A stretch of 61,295 bases of DNA, filler included. It is 4 parts of 4 records of this genome, joined end to end, with 100 filler letters (N's around TTAATTAATTAA, not from the genome) between each part and the next. Parts side by side here need not be neighbours in the genome. Positions count along the whole stretch, not along the records: positions 48,502 to 61,295 come from DRR378314_834; 3 more parts are not named here. One strand, 5' to 3'. A program made the translations under genes and the position numbers. A model generated the notes under the pieces. It was given only the letters and a program-made list of their open reading frames with translations, did no database searches and was not told the origin of the DNA. Shown piece by piece: positions 58,608 to 61,295 of the stretch (its first letter is position 1; each line of letters begins with the position of its first letter).

Positions 58608-61295
<2,688 letters not shown>

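Overview
This window is not one locus. It is four contigs joined by three artificial 100-nt linkers (N44-TTAATTAATTAA-N44 at 9794-9893, 16645-16744 and 48402-48501), so adjacency across a linker has no biological meaning. Organism labels are inferred from gene content, style and base composition, not from a search. Segment 1 (1-9793, Marinobacter-like) holds the start of a T6SS cluster (tssB-tssC-tssE), a DUF4442 protein and an acyl-CoA-binding protein, a stand-alone integron-integrase N-terminal domain, greB with a terminator-containing leader or candidate sRNA, an OmpR-family two-component pair and a hyi/beta-hydroxyacid dehydrogenase pair. The same repeat family sits at both ends. Segment 2 (9894-16644, Halomonas-like, lower GC) holds a TroABCD-type Mn/Zn/Fe ABC importer with an MntR-like operator, convergent with urtB(partial)-C-D-E. 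Segment 3 (16745-48401, Alcanivorax-like, high GC, REP at each end) holds a duplicated beta-propeller lipoprotein, orphan cysWA, phoH-ybeY-corC-K+ channel-lnt, a PDO / DUF442-SQR fusion / SulP sulfide-oxidation module, and the core run leuS-lptE-holA, proA-nadD-rsfS-rlmH-mrdA-rodA-mltB-rlpA-dac-dat-ybeD-lipB-lipA. Segment 4 (48502-61295) holds a membrane class III adenylate cyclase with a lipoprotein, gspN-C-D behind ssb, an MFS transporter, a CsgD/VpsT/QstR-type LuxR regulator and uvrA (truncated, with a LexA box). No tRNA, rRNA, CRISPR array or intact transposase/integrase was seen. Best leads: the QstR-like regulator in Vibrio-like synteny, the solo IntI N-domain with an organised promoter, the greB leader RNA, the double-propeller lipoprotein, and a motif shared by two sulfur operons.
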